A stretch of 64,000 bases of DNA from Eledone cirrhosa (Eukaryota): positions 31,000,001 to 31,064,000 of the forward strand of contig OZ024752.1 in assembly GCA_964016885.1 (NCBI GenBank). Reading direction: 5' to 3'. How positions within the stretch are numbered: the first letter of the stretch is position 1; each line of letters starts with the position of its first letter. Made by a program: the position numbers and the translations under genes. Positions 1-13,910 of the stretch are shown here, piece after piece. The notes beneath the pieces were generated by a model. It ran no database searches, was not told the DNA's origin, and saw only the letters and a list, made by a program, of their open reading frames with translations.

Positions 1-1
1 A

Positions 2-409
2 TGTGGTTGGGCTTATAAGTCTAATAGATGGGTTCTCTATAAAGTTTGGTTTGTGATCCTTCAGAGAGAACCTTGGGGTTGTTGGTACATAAGGGTGGGT
101 AAATCTATCCAGATGCAAGTCCTTAACCAAAGCCTGGGCTTTTCGGTTAAGTACGTTTACACTGGAGGGTATAGTTTTTCTATAGTTTTTATTGAGTTCT
201 TTAAGAAGGAAAGAGTTGTAAGTTTCAGGAGTCATGGTGTATAGACTTTTAGTTTTGTCAGACATAACATGTAAGAGGTGGCTATCTTTAAATTTTTTTA
301 TAGTTGTTGCTAATTTAGTGAGGAAGTTATTCTTGTGTCTATAATGCTTTTTGAATTTAATGCTCCTGACGAAGTTGAATAGATCTTTCTCGAAAGGGTC
401 CAGCAGGAC
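2..409 (-). mobile_element. Penelope-like element (Hydra-clade-like), N-terminal RT region; runs off the window start
   Basis: Manual minus-strand translation is open for 136 codons: VLLDPFEKDLFNFVRSIKF...VMSDKTKSLY...LKDHKPNFIENPSIRLISPT. The DKT and LKDHK.NF...P..RLI.P motifs match PLE RTs. The 5' end is truncated at (TA)n. Confidence 0.75.
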
Positions 410-414
410 ACTTA

Positions 415-490
<76 letters not shown>

Positions 491-786
491 CATACATTTG
501 CTAGAACTTCAGTTCACATGTATCACTGACTTATTTTCTCATTTTCCTCTCTTTACGTTGCCTTACCATTTCTGTTTGTTTACATGTCTCTCTTTCTCCA
601 CCCAATTCTTCTTATCCCAATAACTTATTTTAGTTTGTTCGCGCTGGCTTGAAGTATCTGGTCTTTAATGCGAAGAAATACCGATGATGGCCAGAAGATC
701 ACTGATGATGGATAGTCCTGGTGTCTTGGTCTATTTTTTAATTGATATGTATTACATTCGCAACAACGGAGCACGCCATTTTTCAG

Positions 787-866
787 AATATAATATTCTA
801 AAGACTATCTAGAATATTCGACTAATTTTTAAAAGTTTATTTGTTCAAATTTTCTCTGAGTAGATT

Positions 867-925
<59 letters not shown>

Positions 926-1380
926 TATATGTGTGTATGTATGTATCTATGTATGTATATATATATATATATATATATATGAACGAATAGGCCCACGGCG
1001 GCTGAGCTCAAGCCGTTTCGACGGCTAATTCTGGACTGAATTAGCCGTCGAAACGGCTTGAGCTCAGCCGTCCTACTCGTTCCTATTAACCACTCTACTA
1101 CCCTAAGTATTGAGTAATTTGGTGCGTTATGGTCCATCTGGTTCCTTAACACATTTCCTTCGTTTTATATACATACATACATACATACATACATACATAC
1201 ATACATACATACATACATACATACATACATACATACATACATACATACATACATACATTCATTCATACACATATATATATGTATATATGTATATATATTG
1301 AATCTACTCTTAGTAAATTTGAACAAATAAACTTTTAAAAATTAGTCGAATATTCTAGATAGTCTTTAGAATATTATATT
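787..1380. repeat. 84-bp inverted repeat pair (787-870 / 1297-1380) enclosing microsatellite and a nested fold-back element
   Basis: aatataatattctaaagactatctagaatattcgactaatttttaaaag... is the near-perfect reverse complement of 1297-1380. Confidence 0.85.
981..1164 (+). mobile_element. Fold-back half-hammerhead repeat, copy A
   Basis: Palindrome ggctgagctcaagccgtttcgacggctaattc-tggact-gaattagccgtcgaaacggcttgagctcagcc, followed by a tail shared with copies at 19033, 39691 and 51621. Flanked by microsatellite. Confidence 0.8.
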
Positions 1381-1665
1381 TTCTAAGATCCAAATATGTG
1401 AATCTTCTTCTTCTTACATTCGTTTAGTAATTCAAAGAAAATTAATGCTAAAAAAAATCATTAAAGAAACTTGCTGTTCTACAATTAAATGTATTTCATT
1501 AATTTTTACTATTCTATATTATAGTGGTAGATATGTAATATGATACAGCCATACTTAGTCTATCTATCTATGTAACGAGATAAAGATGGCATCGATAAAT
1601 AGGAACCATAGATAGTCGACGACATCTATCGAATAAGAAAATATCAAAACACATTCACACTGACG

Positions 1666-1802
<137 letters not shown>

Positions 1803-1826
1803 CATCAAAACACATTCACACTGACG

Positions 1827-1887
<61 letters not shown>

Positions 1888-1951
1888 GAAGTAATTCCAT
1901 CGGAAAAGTCCAGGAAAAAAGAGTGCTCTATGTAAGCAACAGAGCTTAATT

Positions 1952-2364
<413 letters not shown>

Positions 2365-2367
2365 GTA

Positions 2368-2440
<73 letters not shown>

Positions 2441-2519
2441 CATCAAAACACATTCACACTGACGTATATATATTAACTCTAATAATATCCACTACGGATA
2501 TTACCTTCCAGTGTTCTAC

Positions 2520-2616
<97 letters not shown>

Positions 2617-2621
2617 TGTAT

Positions 2622-2660
<39 letters not shown>

Positions 2661-2812
2661 ACTATGTATATATATATATATATATGTATATATAAATATG
2701 TATATATATATATATAAATATGTATACATATATATAAATATGTATATATATATATATATACATATTTATATATATATATACATATTTATATATATATATA
2801 TATATATACATA

Positions 2813-5248
2813 TTGGAATCGCTTCTTGACTTCATGGATGATTTCTTCCTATCCCAACTAGTGCTCGAACCAACGAGGTGCCACAAAAACGTCCTAGACT
2901 TAATTTTCAGCAATCACACTGACAATATCCACAATATTGCAGTGGAGAAAACTCTACTCTCTGATCATGACATGGTTCTCTGTGATCTGAGATTCCACCG
3001 TCCAATATACAAACCCAATGTCATTTCTCCTGTCCATCCGTTTGACGCTATGGATTTCCACAATGCAAACTGGGAAGCGATCAGTCATGATCTTGCACAT
3101 GTCGACTGGTCCTTCACGCACACTCATACACCCACTAACATCAAAAAGTCCTGGCAGACATTTGTGGACACTGTTACAAACATATGTGCTAAACACACCC
3201 CATTAAGAACTATAAACAAATCTAAGAGCAGAATCCCTAGAAATAGAAAAACGCTCATCAGAAAAATTAAGAGAACGAACAAAAAAATCAACAATCTGAA
3301 ATACTGTCAGCAGCAACACATCAACTTGACTGCCATTTCATCACTAGAGATTAAAAAACATAACCTCCAAAACAACATAATGTCCCTCATCAACAATCAG
3401 AGAAGAGCTGAAGAGGCCTGGGCCATTGAGAAGATCAAACTCAATCCCAAAGTGTTCTTTTCATTTGCAAAAAAACACAAAATAACTGGCTCTACTGTTG
3501 GCCCTCTAATTGATGAAAATGGCACTCTTCAAGACAATGCTAAAACCATGGGTGAGATACTGCAGAAACAATACTGCTCTGTTTTCAGCAATCCTGATAT
3601 GGCCGATCTGGGCTGTATCGGCGATGTTACTCCCCATTACACCTTATCGGACATAACGTTTGGCGCCCCTGATGTCTTGGCGGCAATAAAGGAAATCAAG
3701 CATAATTCAGCAGTAGGTCCCGATAGGTTCCCTGCTTGTGTCTTGAAGGCGTGTCAACACCAACTTGCTTCTCCTCTTGCCAATCTGTGGCGGAACTCAC
3801 TGGATGCTGGATATGTGCCAGAAAACCTTCTATCCCAGTCTGTTGTCCCAGTTTTCAAAAAGGGAAACAAATCCCTTGCCGTGAATTACCGTCCAATCTC
3901 ACTCACCTCTCATATCATTAAGGTATTTGAGCGACTGGTGAGATCGCGAATGACCCACTTCCTTGAGAGTAACAATATGCTGAACTCCAACCAGCATGGA
4001 TTCCGTAATGGAAGGGATTGCCTGACGCAACTACTGCATCACTTTGATGACATTTTGAGAGCCTTGGGAGAGGGTTCCAACACTGATGTTATCTACCTTG
4101 ATTTCAGCAAGGCCTTTGACAGGGTTGATCATAACATTCTACTGAGAAAGCTGTCCAATATTGGTGTCACTGGAAAGCTGCTGCAGTGGATCAAGAGCTT
4201 CCTGTCAAACAGAACCCAACATGTTGTAGTTGAGGGAGTCAAATCAAGCCCAGCCAAAGTCAGTAGTGGAGTCCCACAAGGCACTGTGTTGGGCCCACTT
4301 CTCTTCATCATCTATATTAATGACATCACTGACATCATCAAACACAGCAACATTAAAATTTTTGCTGATGATTCCAAGCTCCAAAAGGTCATCAATGGCG
4401 TGGATGACCGGATAAGCCTTCAGTCAGACCTACTGGCTGTTACCCAATGGGCAGAAAAGAACAACATGTTACTGAACGAAGACAAATTCGAACTGATCCA
4501 CTTTGGAAAAGAGGATGCTCTGAAACTCCCGTACTCCCTTCCCTCCGGGGAAACTCTCGTGGCATCTAACAACATCAGAGACTTGGGAGTAACCGCGGAC
4601 AGCAACATAAGCTGGACCACGCATATAAGCAGCAAAGTTGACATGGCCCGCAGAATGTGTTCCTGGATCCTCAGAACCTTCCAGTCGAGAGATTCCCGCA
4701 CCATTATCCTTCTCTTCTCTACTTTCGCCCGACCACACCTTGAATACTGTTGTCCACTGTGGTCTCCCCACACGAAACAAAGTATCATGAAACTTGAAGC
4801 TCCTCAAAGGGCAATCACGAAAAAGATAGATGGCATGTCAGACCTTGACTACTGGGGTCGATTGGAAAACCTGAAACTTTACTCACTCCAACGTCGCCGT
4901 GAGCGTTATATTATCTGCATGATGTGGAAAATGTTCCATCATCACTGCCCAAATGATGTTGGCATCGCCTTCAAGATACACCCAAGGCTTGGGCCCCGTG
5001 CTATCCGTCCCATTCAAAAATCTAAATCGCAACTCATAACAACAATACGGCACAATTATTTCACCTCAATCGGCCCTGCTCTCTTCAACATCACACCAGG
5101 ACACGTCAAAACAGAAACTGACCACACAAAATTCAAGAAGTCTTTGGACAAATTCCTCCAAGTAATCCCGGACAAACCACCCACACCCGGATATGTCTCC
5201 GCAAACAGTAATTCTCTTCTCGAATGGGCCATGGTGCCCAAATCCTGA
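2813..5248 (+). CDS. LINE ORF2: C-terminal part of APE endonuclease plus complete reverse transcriptase
   Basis: [14 protein letters not shown] (APE end), [56 protein letters not shown]. No true start codon (5' truncated). Confidence 0.9.
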   Translation: MESLLDFMDDFFLSQLVLEPTRCHKNVLDLIFSNHTDNIHNIAVEKTLLSDHDMVLCDLRFHRPIYKPNVISPVHPFDAMDFHNANWEAISHDLAHVDWSFTHTHTPTNIKKSWQTFVDTVTNICAKHTPLRTINKSKSRIPRNRKTLIRKIKRTNKKINNLKYCQQQHINLTAISSLEIKKHNLQNNIMSLINNQRRAEEAWAIEKIKLNPKVFFSFAKKHKITGSTVGPLIDENGTLQDNAKTMGEILQKQYCSVFSNPDMADLGCIGDVTPHYTLSDITFGAPDVLAAIKEIKHNSAVGPDRFPACVLKACQHQLASPLANLWRNSLDAGYVPENLLSQSVVPVFKKGNKSLAVNYRPISLTSHIIKVFERLVRSRMTHFLESNNMLNSNQHGFRNGRDCLTQLLHHFDDILRALGEGSNTDVIYLDFSKAFDRVDHNILLRKLSNIGVTGKLLQWIKSFLSNRTQHVVVEGVKSSPAKVSSGVPQGTVLGPLLFIIYINDITDIIKHSNIKIFADDSKLQKVINGVDDRISLQSDLLAVTQWAEKNNMLLNEDKFELIHFGKEDALKLPYSLPSGETLVASNNIRDLGVTADSNISWTTHISSKVDMARRMCSWILRTFQSRDSRTIILLFSTFARPHLEYCCPLWSPHTKQSIMKLEAPQRAITKKIDGMSDLDYWGRLENLKLYSLQRRRERYIICMMWKMFHHHCPNDVGIAFKIHPRLGPRAIRPIQKSKSQLITTIRHNYFTSIGPALFNITPGHVKTETDHTKFKKSLDKFLQVIPDKPPTPGYVSANSNSLLEWAMVPKS

Positions 5249-5334
5249 ATTGAAAGACTTCGCCAGGTGGTGCTATTAAGTTAGACATGGCCTGGGCCAA
5301 TACTGGCCAAAACATTTCAAAGTTATTCAAAGTT
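2813..5334 (+). mobile_element. 5'-truncated CR1-group (CR1/L2/Jockey-superfamily) non-LTR retrotransposon
   Basis: Uninterrupted 811-aa frame followed by a short 3' UTR ending in (ttcaaagtta)x2. Inserted in the (TA)n field. Confidence 0.9.
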
Positions 5335-5512
5335 ATATATATATATAAATATGTATATATATATATATATATATAAATATGTATATATATATATATATAA
5401 ATATGTATATATATATATATATATATAAATATGTATATATATATATATATATATAAATATGTATATATATATATATATATATAAATATGTATATATATAT
5501 ATATATATATAA

Positions 5513-5543
<31 letters not shown>

Positions 5544-5572
5544 AATATGTATATATATATATATATATATAA

Positions 5573-5637
<65 letters not shown>

Positions 5638-5720
5638 AATATGTATATATATATATATATATATATAAATATGTATATATATATATATATATATAAATAT
5701 GTATATATATATATATATAA

Positions 5721-5761
<41 letters not shown>

Positions 5762-5806
5762 TGTATATATATATATATAAATATGTATATATATATATAT
5801 ATATAA

Positions 5807-5843
<37 letters not shown>

Positions 5844-6070
5844 TGTATATATATATATATAAATTATATATATATATATATATAACTATGTATATATATA
5901 TATATATATGTATATATAAATATATATATATAAATATGTATATATATATACATATATATAAATATGTATATATATATATATATATAAATATGTATATATA
6001 TATATATATATATAAATATGTATATATATATATATATATATAAATATGTATATATATATATATAAATATG

Positions 6071-6110
<40 letters not shown>

Positions 6111-6553
6111 AATATGTATATATATATATATATATATAAATATGTATATATATATATATATATATAAATATGTATATATATATATATATATATAAATATG
6201 TATATATATATATATATATATATAAATATGTATATATATATATATATATATATAAATATGTATATATATATATATATATATAAATATGTATATATATATA
6301 TATATATATAAATATGTATATATATATATATATATAAATATGTATATATATATATATATATATAAATATGTATATATATATATATATATAAATATGTATA
6401 TATATATATATATATAAATATGTATATATATATATATATATATATAAATATGTATATATATATATATATATATAAATATGTATATATATATATATATATA
6501 AATATGTATATATATATATATATATATAAATATGTATATATATATATATATAA

Positions 6554-6592
<39 letters not shown>

Positions 6593-6877
6593 TGTATATA
6601 TATATATATATATATATAAATATGTATATATATATATATATGTATAAATATGTATATATATATATATATATATATAAATATGTATATATATATATATATA
6701 TATATAAATATGTATATATATATATATATATGTATAAATATGTATATATATATATATAAATATGTATATATATATATATAAATATGTATATATATATATA
6801 TATAAATATGTATATATATATATATAAATATGTATATATATATATATAAATATGTATATATATATATAAATATGTAT

Positions 6878-6914
<37 letters not shown>

Positions 6915-7264
6915 ACTATGTATATATATATATATATATGTATATATAAATATGTATATATATATATATAAATATGTATACATATATATAAATATGTATA
7001 TATATATATATATATAAATATGTATATATATATATATAAATATGTATATATAAATATGTATATATATATATATATATATATAAATATGTATATATATATA
7101 TATATAAATATATAAATATGTATATATATATATATAAATATGTATATATATATATATATATAAATATGTATATATATATATATATAAATATGTATATATA
7201 TATATATATATATAAATATGTATATATATATATATAAATATGTATATATATATATATAAATATG

Positions 7265-7302
<38 letters not shown>

Positions 7303-7461
7303 AATATGTATATATATATATATATATAAATATGTATATATATATATATATATATAAATATGTATATATATATATATATATATAAATATGTATATATATA
7401 TATATATAAATATGTATATATATATATATATATATAAATATGTATATATATATATATATAA

Positions 7462-7492
<31 letters not shown>

Positions 7493-7933
7493 AATATGTA
7501 TATATATATATATAAATATGTATATATATATATATATATATATAAATATGTATATATATATATATATATAAATATGTATATATATATATATATATGTAAA
7601 TATGTATATATATATATATATATAAATATGTATATATATATATATATATAAATATGTATATATATATATATATATATAAATATGTATATATATATATATA
7701 TATATATAAATATGTATATATATATATATATATATAAATATGTATATATATATATATATATATAAATATGTATATATATATATATATATATAAATATGTA
7801 TATATATATATATATATGTAAATATGTATATATATATATATATATAAATATGTATATATATATATATATATAAATATGTATATATATATATATATATATA
7901 TAAATATGTATATATATATATATATATATATAA

Positions 7934-7972
<39 letters not shown>

Positions 7973-8053
7973 TGTATATATATATATATATAAATATGTA
8001 TATATATATATATATATATATAAATATGTATATATATATATATATATATATAA

Positions 8054-8084
<31 letters not shown>

Positions 8085-8085
8085 A

Positions 8086-8122
<37 letters not shown>

Positions 8123-8405
8123 TGTATATATATATATATATATATAAATATGTATATATATATATATATGTATAAATATGTATATATATATATATAAATA
8201 TGTATATATATATATATATATGTATAAATATGTATATATATATATATAAATATGTATAAATATGTGTATATATATATATATAAATATGTATATATATATA
8301 TATATGTATAAATATGTATATATATATATATAAATATGTATATATATATATATAAATATGTATATATATATATATAAATATGTATATATATATATAAATA
8401 TGTAT

Positions 8406-8442
<37 letters not shown>

Positions 8443-8587
8443 ACTATGTATATATATATATATATATATGTATATATAAATATGTATATATATATATATA
8501 AATATGTATACATATATATAAATATGTATATATATATATATATATAAATATGTATATATATATATATATATAAATATGTATATATAA

Positions 8588-8646
<59 letters not shown>

Positions 8647-8654
8647 AATATATA

Positions 8655-8702
<48 letters not shown>

Positions 8703-8715
8703 TATATATATATAA

Positions 8716-8758
<43 letters not shown>

Positions 8759-8771
8759 TATATATATATAA

Positions 8772-8804
<33 letters not shown>

Positions 8805-8833
8805 AATATATATATATATAAATATATATATAA

Positions 8834-8878
<45 letters not shown>

Positions 8879-8879
8879 T

Positions 8880-8912
<33 letters not shown>

Positions 8913-9047
8913 TAAATATGTATATATAAATATGTATATATAAATATGTATATATATATATATAAATATATATGTATATATATATATATAAATATATATG
9001 TATATATGTATATATAAATATGTATATATATATATATAAATATGTAT

Positions 9048-9102
<55 letters not shown>

Positions 9103-9137
9103 AATATATATGTATATATATATATATAAATATGTAT

Positions 9138-9192
<55 letters not shown>

Positions 9193-9430
9193 AATATATA
9201 TGTATATATATATATATAAATATGTATATATATATATATATAAATATATATGTATATATATATATATAAATATGTTTATATATATATATATAAATATGTA
9301 TGTATATATATAAATATGTATATATATATATATATAAATATGTATATATATATATATAAATATGTATATATATATATATAAATATGTATATATATATATA
9401 TATAAATATGTATATATATATATAAATATG

Positions 9431-9467
<37 letters not shown>

Positions 9468-9469
9468 GA

Positions 9470-9502
<33 letters not shown>

Positions 9503-9551
9503 AGTATATATATATATATATATAAATATGTATATATATATATATATATAA

Positions 9552-9614
<63 letters not shown>

Positions 9615-9627
9615 AATAAGTATATAT

Positions 9628-9660
<33 letters not shown>

Positions 9661-9673
9661 AATATAAATATGT

Positions 9674-9706
<33 letters not shown>

Positions 9707-9967
9707 AATATAAATATGTATATATATATATAAATATGTATATATATATATAAATATGTATATATATATATAAATATGTATATATATATAAATATGTATA
9801 TATATATAAATATGTATATATATATAAATATGTATATATATATATATATAAATATGTATATATATATATAAATATGTATATATATATATAAATATGTATA
9901 TATATATATATAATTATGTATATATATAAATAATTATATATATATAATTATGTATATATATATATAA

Positions 9968-10004
<37 letters not shown>

Positions 10005-10043
10005 TGTATATATATATATATAAATATGTATATATATATATAA
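5335..10043. repeat. Compound microsatellite (TA)n punctuated by TAAATATG
   Basis: Direct reading. The same motif also fills 2524-2812, 10922-11583, 16745-17033 and 21060-21360. Confidence 0.95.
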
Positions 10044-10130
10044 ATATTAAGATAAGCAGAACAAGTAAAATTCAATCAATTTTTCAAAATACATTAAAAA
10101 ATATAATATAAATATTTACCTCTTCTAGTG

Positions 10131-10212
10131 GCCCTTACTGATCAGTTTCGCTTTGTAAAACCTCATAAATCCGATGGATTTATGATGGAAAACCAAAGCT
10201 CATCAGAGAAGC
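10131..10212 (-). ncRNA. Type I hammerhead ribozyme
   Basis: Minus strand: gcuucu-CUGAUGA-gcuuug...(hairpin caucauaaaucc aucg gauuuaugagg)...caaagc-GAAA-cugaucag-UA-agggc. GUA cleavage triplet, palindromic stem III, short stem I (4 bp incl. G-U). Confidence 0.8.
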
Positions 10213-10615
10213 ATTTTCCCTTCCTAGGGCTAAACGCCCCAGGAACGACAAAATATACAACCTCCTGCCAGCTAATAAAGGTCTGAAAGGTCGTAAAAGT
10301 GACCCGTATGTAAACTGGACCGAAGTAAAAGCGGGAAAATCAAAGACTTGCTGTCTACAATTACTACTAAAAAAATAGCAGCCAAGTAAAGCAACAGATT
10401 TGTTCTCAACGGACGGAGAAAAAGGTAGAAGTTAATATGTCCAGGGATACTGGGTACCCCTAGAAATACATAGGTTGTCTATGATTCAAGGTTGTTCAAT
10501 GGTGTTAATTTGATACACCAGAACTTTAATATTAAGATAAGCAGAACAAGTAAAATTCAATCAATTTTTCAAAATACATTAAAAAATATAATATAAATAT
10601 TTACCTCTTCTAGTG

Positions 10616-10697
10616 GCCCTTACTGATCAGTTTCGCTTTGTAAAACCTCATAAATCCGATGGATTTATGATGGAAAACCAAAGCTCATCAGAGAAGC
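10616..10697 (-). ncRNA. Type I hammerhead ribozyme (second tandem copy)
   Basis: Same sequence as 10131-10212, offset 485. Confidence 0.8.
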
Positions 10698-11347
10698 ATT
10701 TTCCCTTCCTAGGGCTAAACGCCCCAGGAACGACAAAATATACAACCTCCTGCCAGCTAATAAAGGTCTGAAAGGTCGTAAAAGTGACCCGTATGTAAAC
10801 TGGACCGAAGTAAAAGCGGGAAAATCAAAGACTTGCTGTCTACAATTACTACTAAAAAAATAGCAGCCAAGTAAAGCAACAGATTTGTTCTCAACGGACG
10901 GAGAAAAAGGTAGAAGTTAATAAATATGTATATATATATAAATATGTATATATATATATAAATATGTATATATATATATATATATATAAATATGTATATA
11001 TAAATATGTATATATATATATATATATATAAATATGTATATATATATATATGTATATATATATATAAATATGTATATATATATATATGTATATATATATA
11101 TAAATATGTATATATATATATATGTATATATATATATAAATATGTATATATATATATATAAATATGTATATATAAATATGTATATATATATATATAAATA
11201 TGTATACATATATATAAATATGTATATATATATAAATATATAAATATGTATATATAAATATGTATATATATATATATAAATATGTATACATATATATAAA
11301 TATGTATATATATAAATATGTATATATATATATATAAATATGTATAC

Positions 11348-11388
<41 letters not shown>

Positions 11389-11452
11389 TATAAATATGTA
11401 TATGTATATATATATATATAAATATGTATATGTATATATATATATAAATATG

Positions 11453-11526
<74 letters not shown>

Positions 11527-11583
11527 AATATGTATATATATATATATATAAATATGTATATATATATATAAATATGTATATAT

Positions 11584-12259
11584 ATCGAATTTTGTTTATC
11601 GTGAACTCGTGCGCCGATTTTTCGATACTCGATTATTCTACTATATTTAGCTCTAGACCTAGCTATTGACCAGTTAATTTTATTGGTCATTTTTTGTCGA
11701 TTCTATTAAATGATGAATAGCTCCTGTTTATTTTAACATGTCTATTGAGCACTCTTATTCGATATGTGTATTTCCACATTTTCCCGAATATTTTTCGCGG
11801 ATGTAGAGGTTATCTCCCTTGCCGAATTCCATGTGCGTATTTAGCTTGGGTTATGCCATTTCATTCGTTTGGACAAAGCTCGTTGAAGAAGTAAATTTTC
11901 CTGTCCACTGATATCTAGAAGTCTTATATATTTTTATGTGAGCTGATAGAGAACAGTTTAAGGATTTACAGAAACCCAAGAAGCTAGATTTAACATCTTC
12001 CTAGCGGGTCCGGGTATGCTTTTTACATTCATTTAATTTATTGATTTATTGAGATTTTTTATCTGAGTGTCCCGAATCTTCCGGATCGCAAATTTTCGAT
12101 CGTACGGTTGATTATAGACTTGTTCTGTGTGTGACGATATTTTAACGAAAGTTATAGCTCTGATTTATCTAAATTATGGAGCACTCTGCCGCTCATATCG
12201 AATTTTGTTTATCGTGAACTCGTGCGCCGATTTTTCGATACTCGATTATTCTACTATAT
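11584..12259. mobile_element. Unclassified ~675-bp insertion with ~62-bp terminal direct repeats, in (TA)n
   Basis: atcgaattttgtttatcgtgaactcgtgcgccgatttttcgatactcgattattctactatat at both ends (period 613). No recognisable ORF. Confidence 0.6.
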
Positions 12260-12831
12260 ATATATAAATATATAAATATGTATATATATATATAAATATA
12301 TAAATATGTATATATATATATAAATATATAAATATGTATATATATATATATATATATTGGTAAACGGAATAGAAAATGCTGACAAATTGCTCACAGTTGA
12401 AAAATGGTTTAATTAGGAATAAAAGAGTATTAGTGATTGTATGGGTTAGTATTCAGTTGTGGTTTTAAGTTTTTAAGTTTTTACCGGTTGCGCATTTCTA
12501 AATGCTTTTCAAAAATAATTTTGAGATAGAGTGTCCGTGCTGTTTGCTCTGATCTGATTAGTTTGGGGAATTCTACATGTTTTTATGTTAAAAAAGTGGC
12601 TCCAGCGTTACTTTGGTGTTGCAAAATTTCTTGTAGTCAAAACAATTTTGATTGGTCGGTAGAGGTCATGTGAGTGTAAAAAATTGATTTTGCGCCAAGA
12701 TTGTTTTTATGTTAAAAAAGTGGCTCCAGCAACAATTCTTGTGGTCAAAACAATTTTGATTGGTCGGTAGAGGTCATGTGAATAAAAAATTGGTTTTGCG
12801 CCAAGATTGAGAAATGACTCTTTCACAACAA

Positions 12832-12893
<62 letters not shown>

Positions 12894-13549
12894 TAGTAAG
12901 GTGTTCGATGTTGTGATAATGGTTAGCAGCGATGTGTGTCAAATGGCTATTGAGATAAGTGTGTGTGTGTGTGTGTGTGTATAGCAGAGTAATTCGTGGT
13001 GGCAGGGATGGTCAGTAAGAATGTGTCTGAAAGCAATGGGGGGTATTTTAGCATGTCAAAAGATATTTTTCAGCTTTTGTCTTATACGGAGAAGTGCGTG
13101 TGTGTGTGTGCGTGTGTGTGTGTGTGTGTGAATATAAGTCTCTTTGTATGTTGATGTACACGTGTGTATGTGTGTGTGTATATATATATATATGTGTGGG
13201 GGGGGGGGGGGGGGGTGGACCAGTATTTTTTTCCCCCTGGTAAATGGTGTACATTATTCGATTTTTTCAGTAAAATCGGTTCTCTTAATAGAACATCAAA
13301 AATCTTAACAATAAAAGGTGTGAAATGATATTCACTATATATATATACACACATACATATATTCACTATATACATATATATATATATATATATACATATA
13401 TACATATATATACACATATATATGCACATATATTTTTTTGTGTTGCACCATAGAGCATGTGTGTTTACGTATGTCATTGTGTTTATATGTGGGTAGAGAT
13501 GTGTGCTGATGTAGGTATGTATGTTGACGTGTGTATGTTGTGGGTTCGT

Positions 13550-13910
13550 CTTAGGGAGAAGTGTTTAGACGGGGTTCGTATTTGTTAATGAAGTAAGATT
13601 CCTTGCTGATGCGCTGGGTGTGGGTGGCATTATCTTTAAATTTGTAGAGGGTAAAGATTCTGAAGTTGGGATGATTTTGGGCGGCACTGGTATCAATGTG
13701 TTCACTTAGTGGTATTTTCCTGTATTTCCGTATTTTGATTTTGGTCTGGCCTATGTATTGTTCTCGACAACCTGAACAAGTTAATACATATATTAGATTT
13801 TCCGATGCACATGTGAAATTGTGTTTTACTATAAAACGTTGTCTATCTTTGAAATAGAATTCCGAACCCTCTATTAGGTTGATGCAAATGCCACAGTTGG
13901 GTCTATCGCA
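13550..13910 (-). pseudogene. GIY-YIG endonuclease domain of the PLE, frameshifted and internally deleted
   Basis: After an A8 run, the shifted frame reads CDRPNCGIC...FTCASENLIYVLTCSGCREQYIGQTK/IKIRKYRKIPLSEHID...QRISKESYFINKYEPRLN*. The catalytic R...H helix normally following YIGQT is missing. Confidence 0.8.

Larger units (their letters stand above)
10044..10921 (-). mobile_element. Non-coding 485-bp tandem unit (1.8 copies), one hammerhead per unit; retrozyme-like or PLE pseudo-LTR dimer
   Basis: gataagcagaacaag at 10051 and 10536; ctcatcag at 10199 and 10684 (period 485). Copies look identical. Flanked by (TA)n. Confidence 0.8.

Noticed and set aside
5886-8513. 875-aa YI-repeat ORF and all similar YI/HT/CV ORFs
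   Set aside because: Translations of TA, CA and TATG microsatellites.
12480-12520. Possible hammerhead in the Neptune PLE 3' region (minus TTGAAAA...GAAA-tgcgca-AC)
   Set aside because: Core and cleavage triplet are both non-canonical; at most a decayed remnant.
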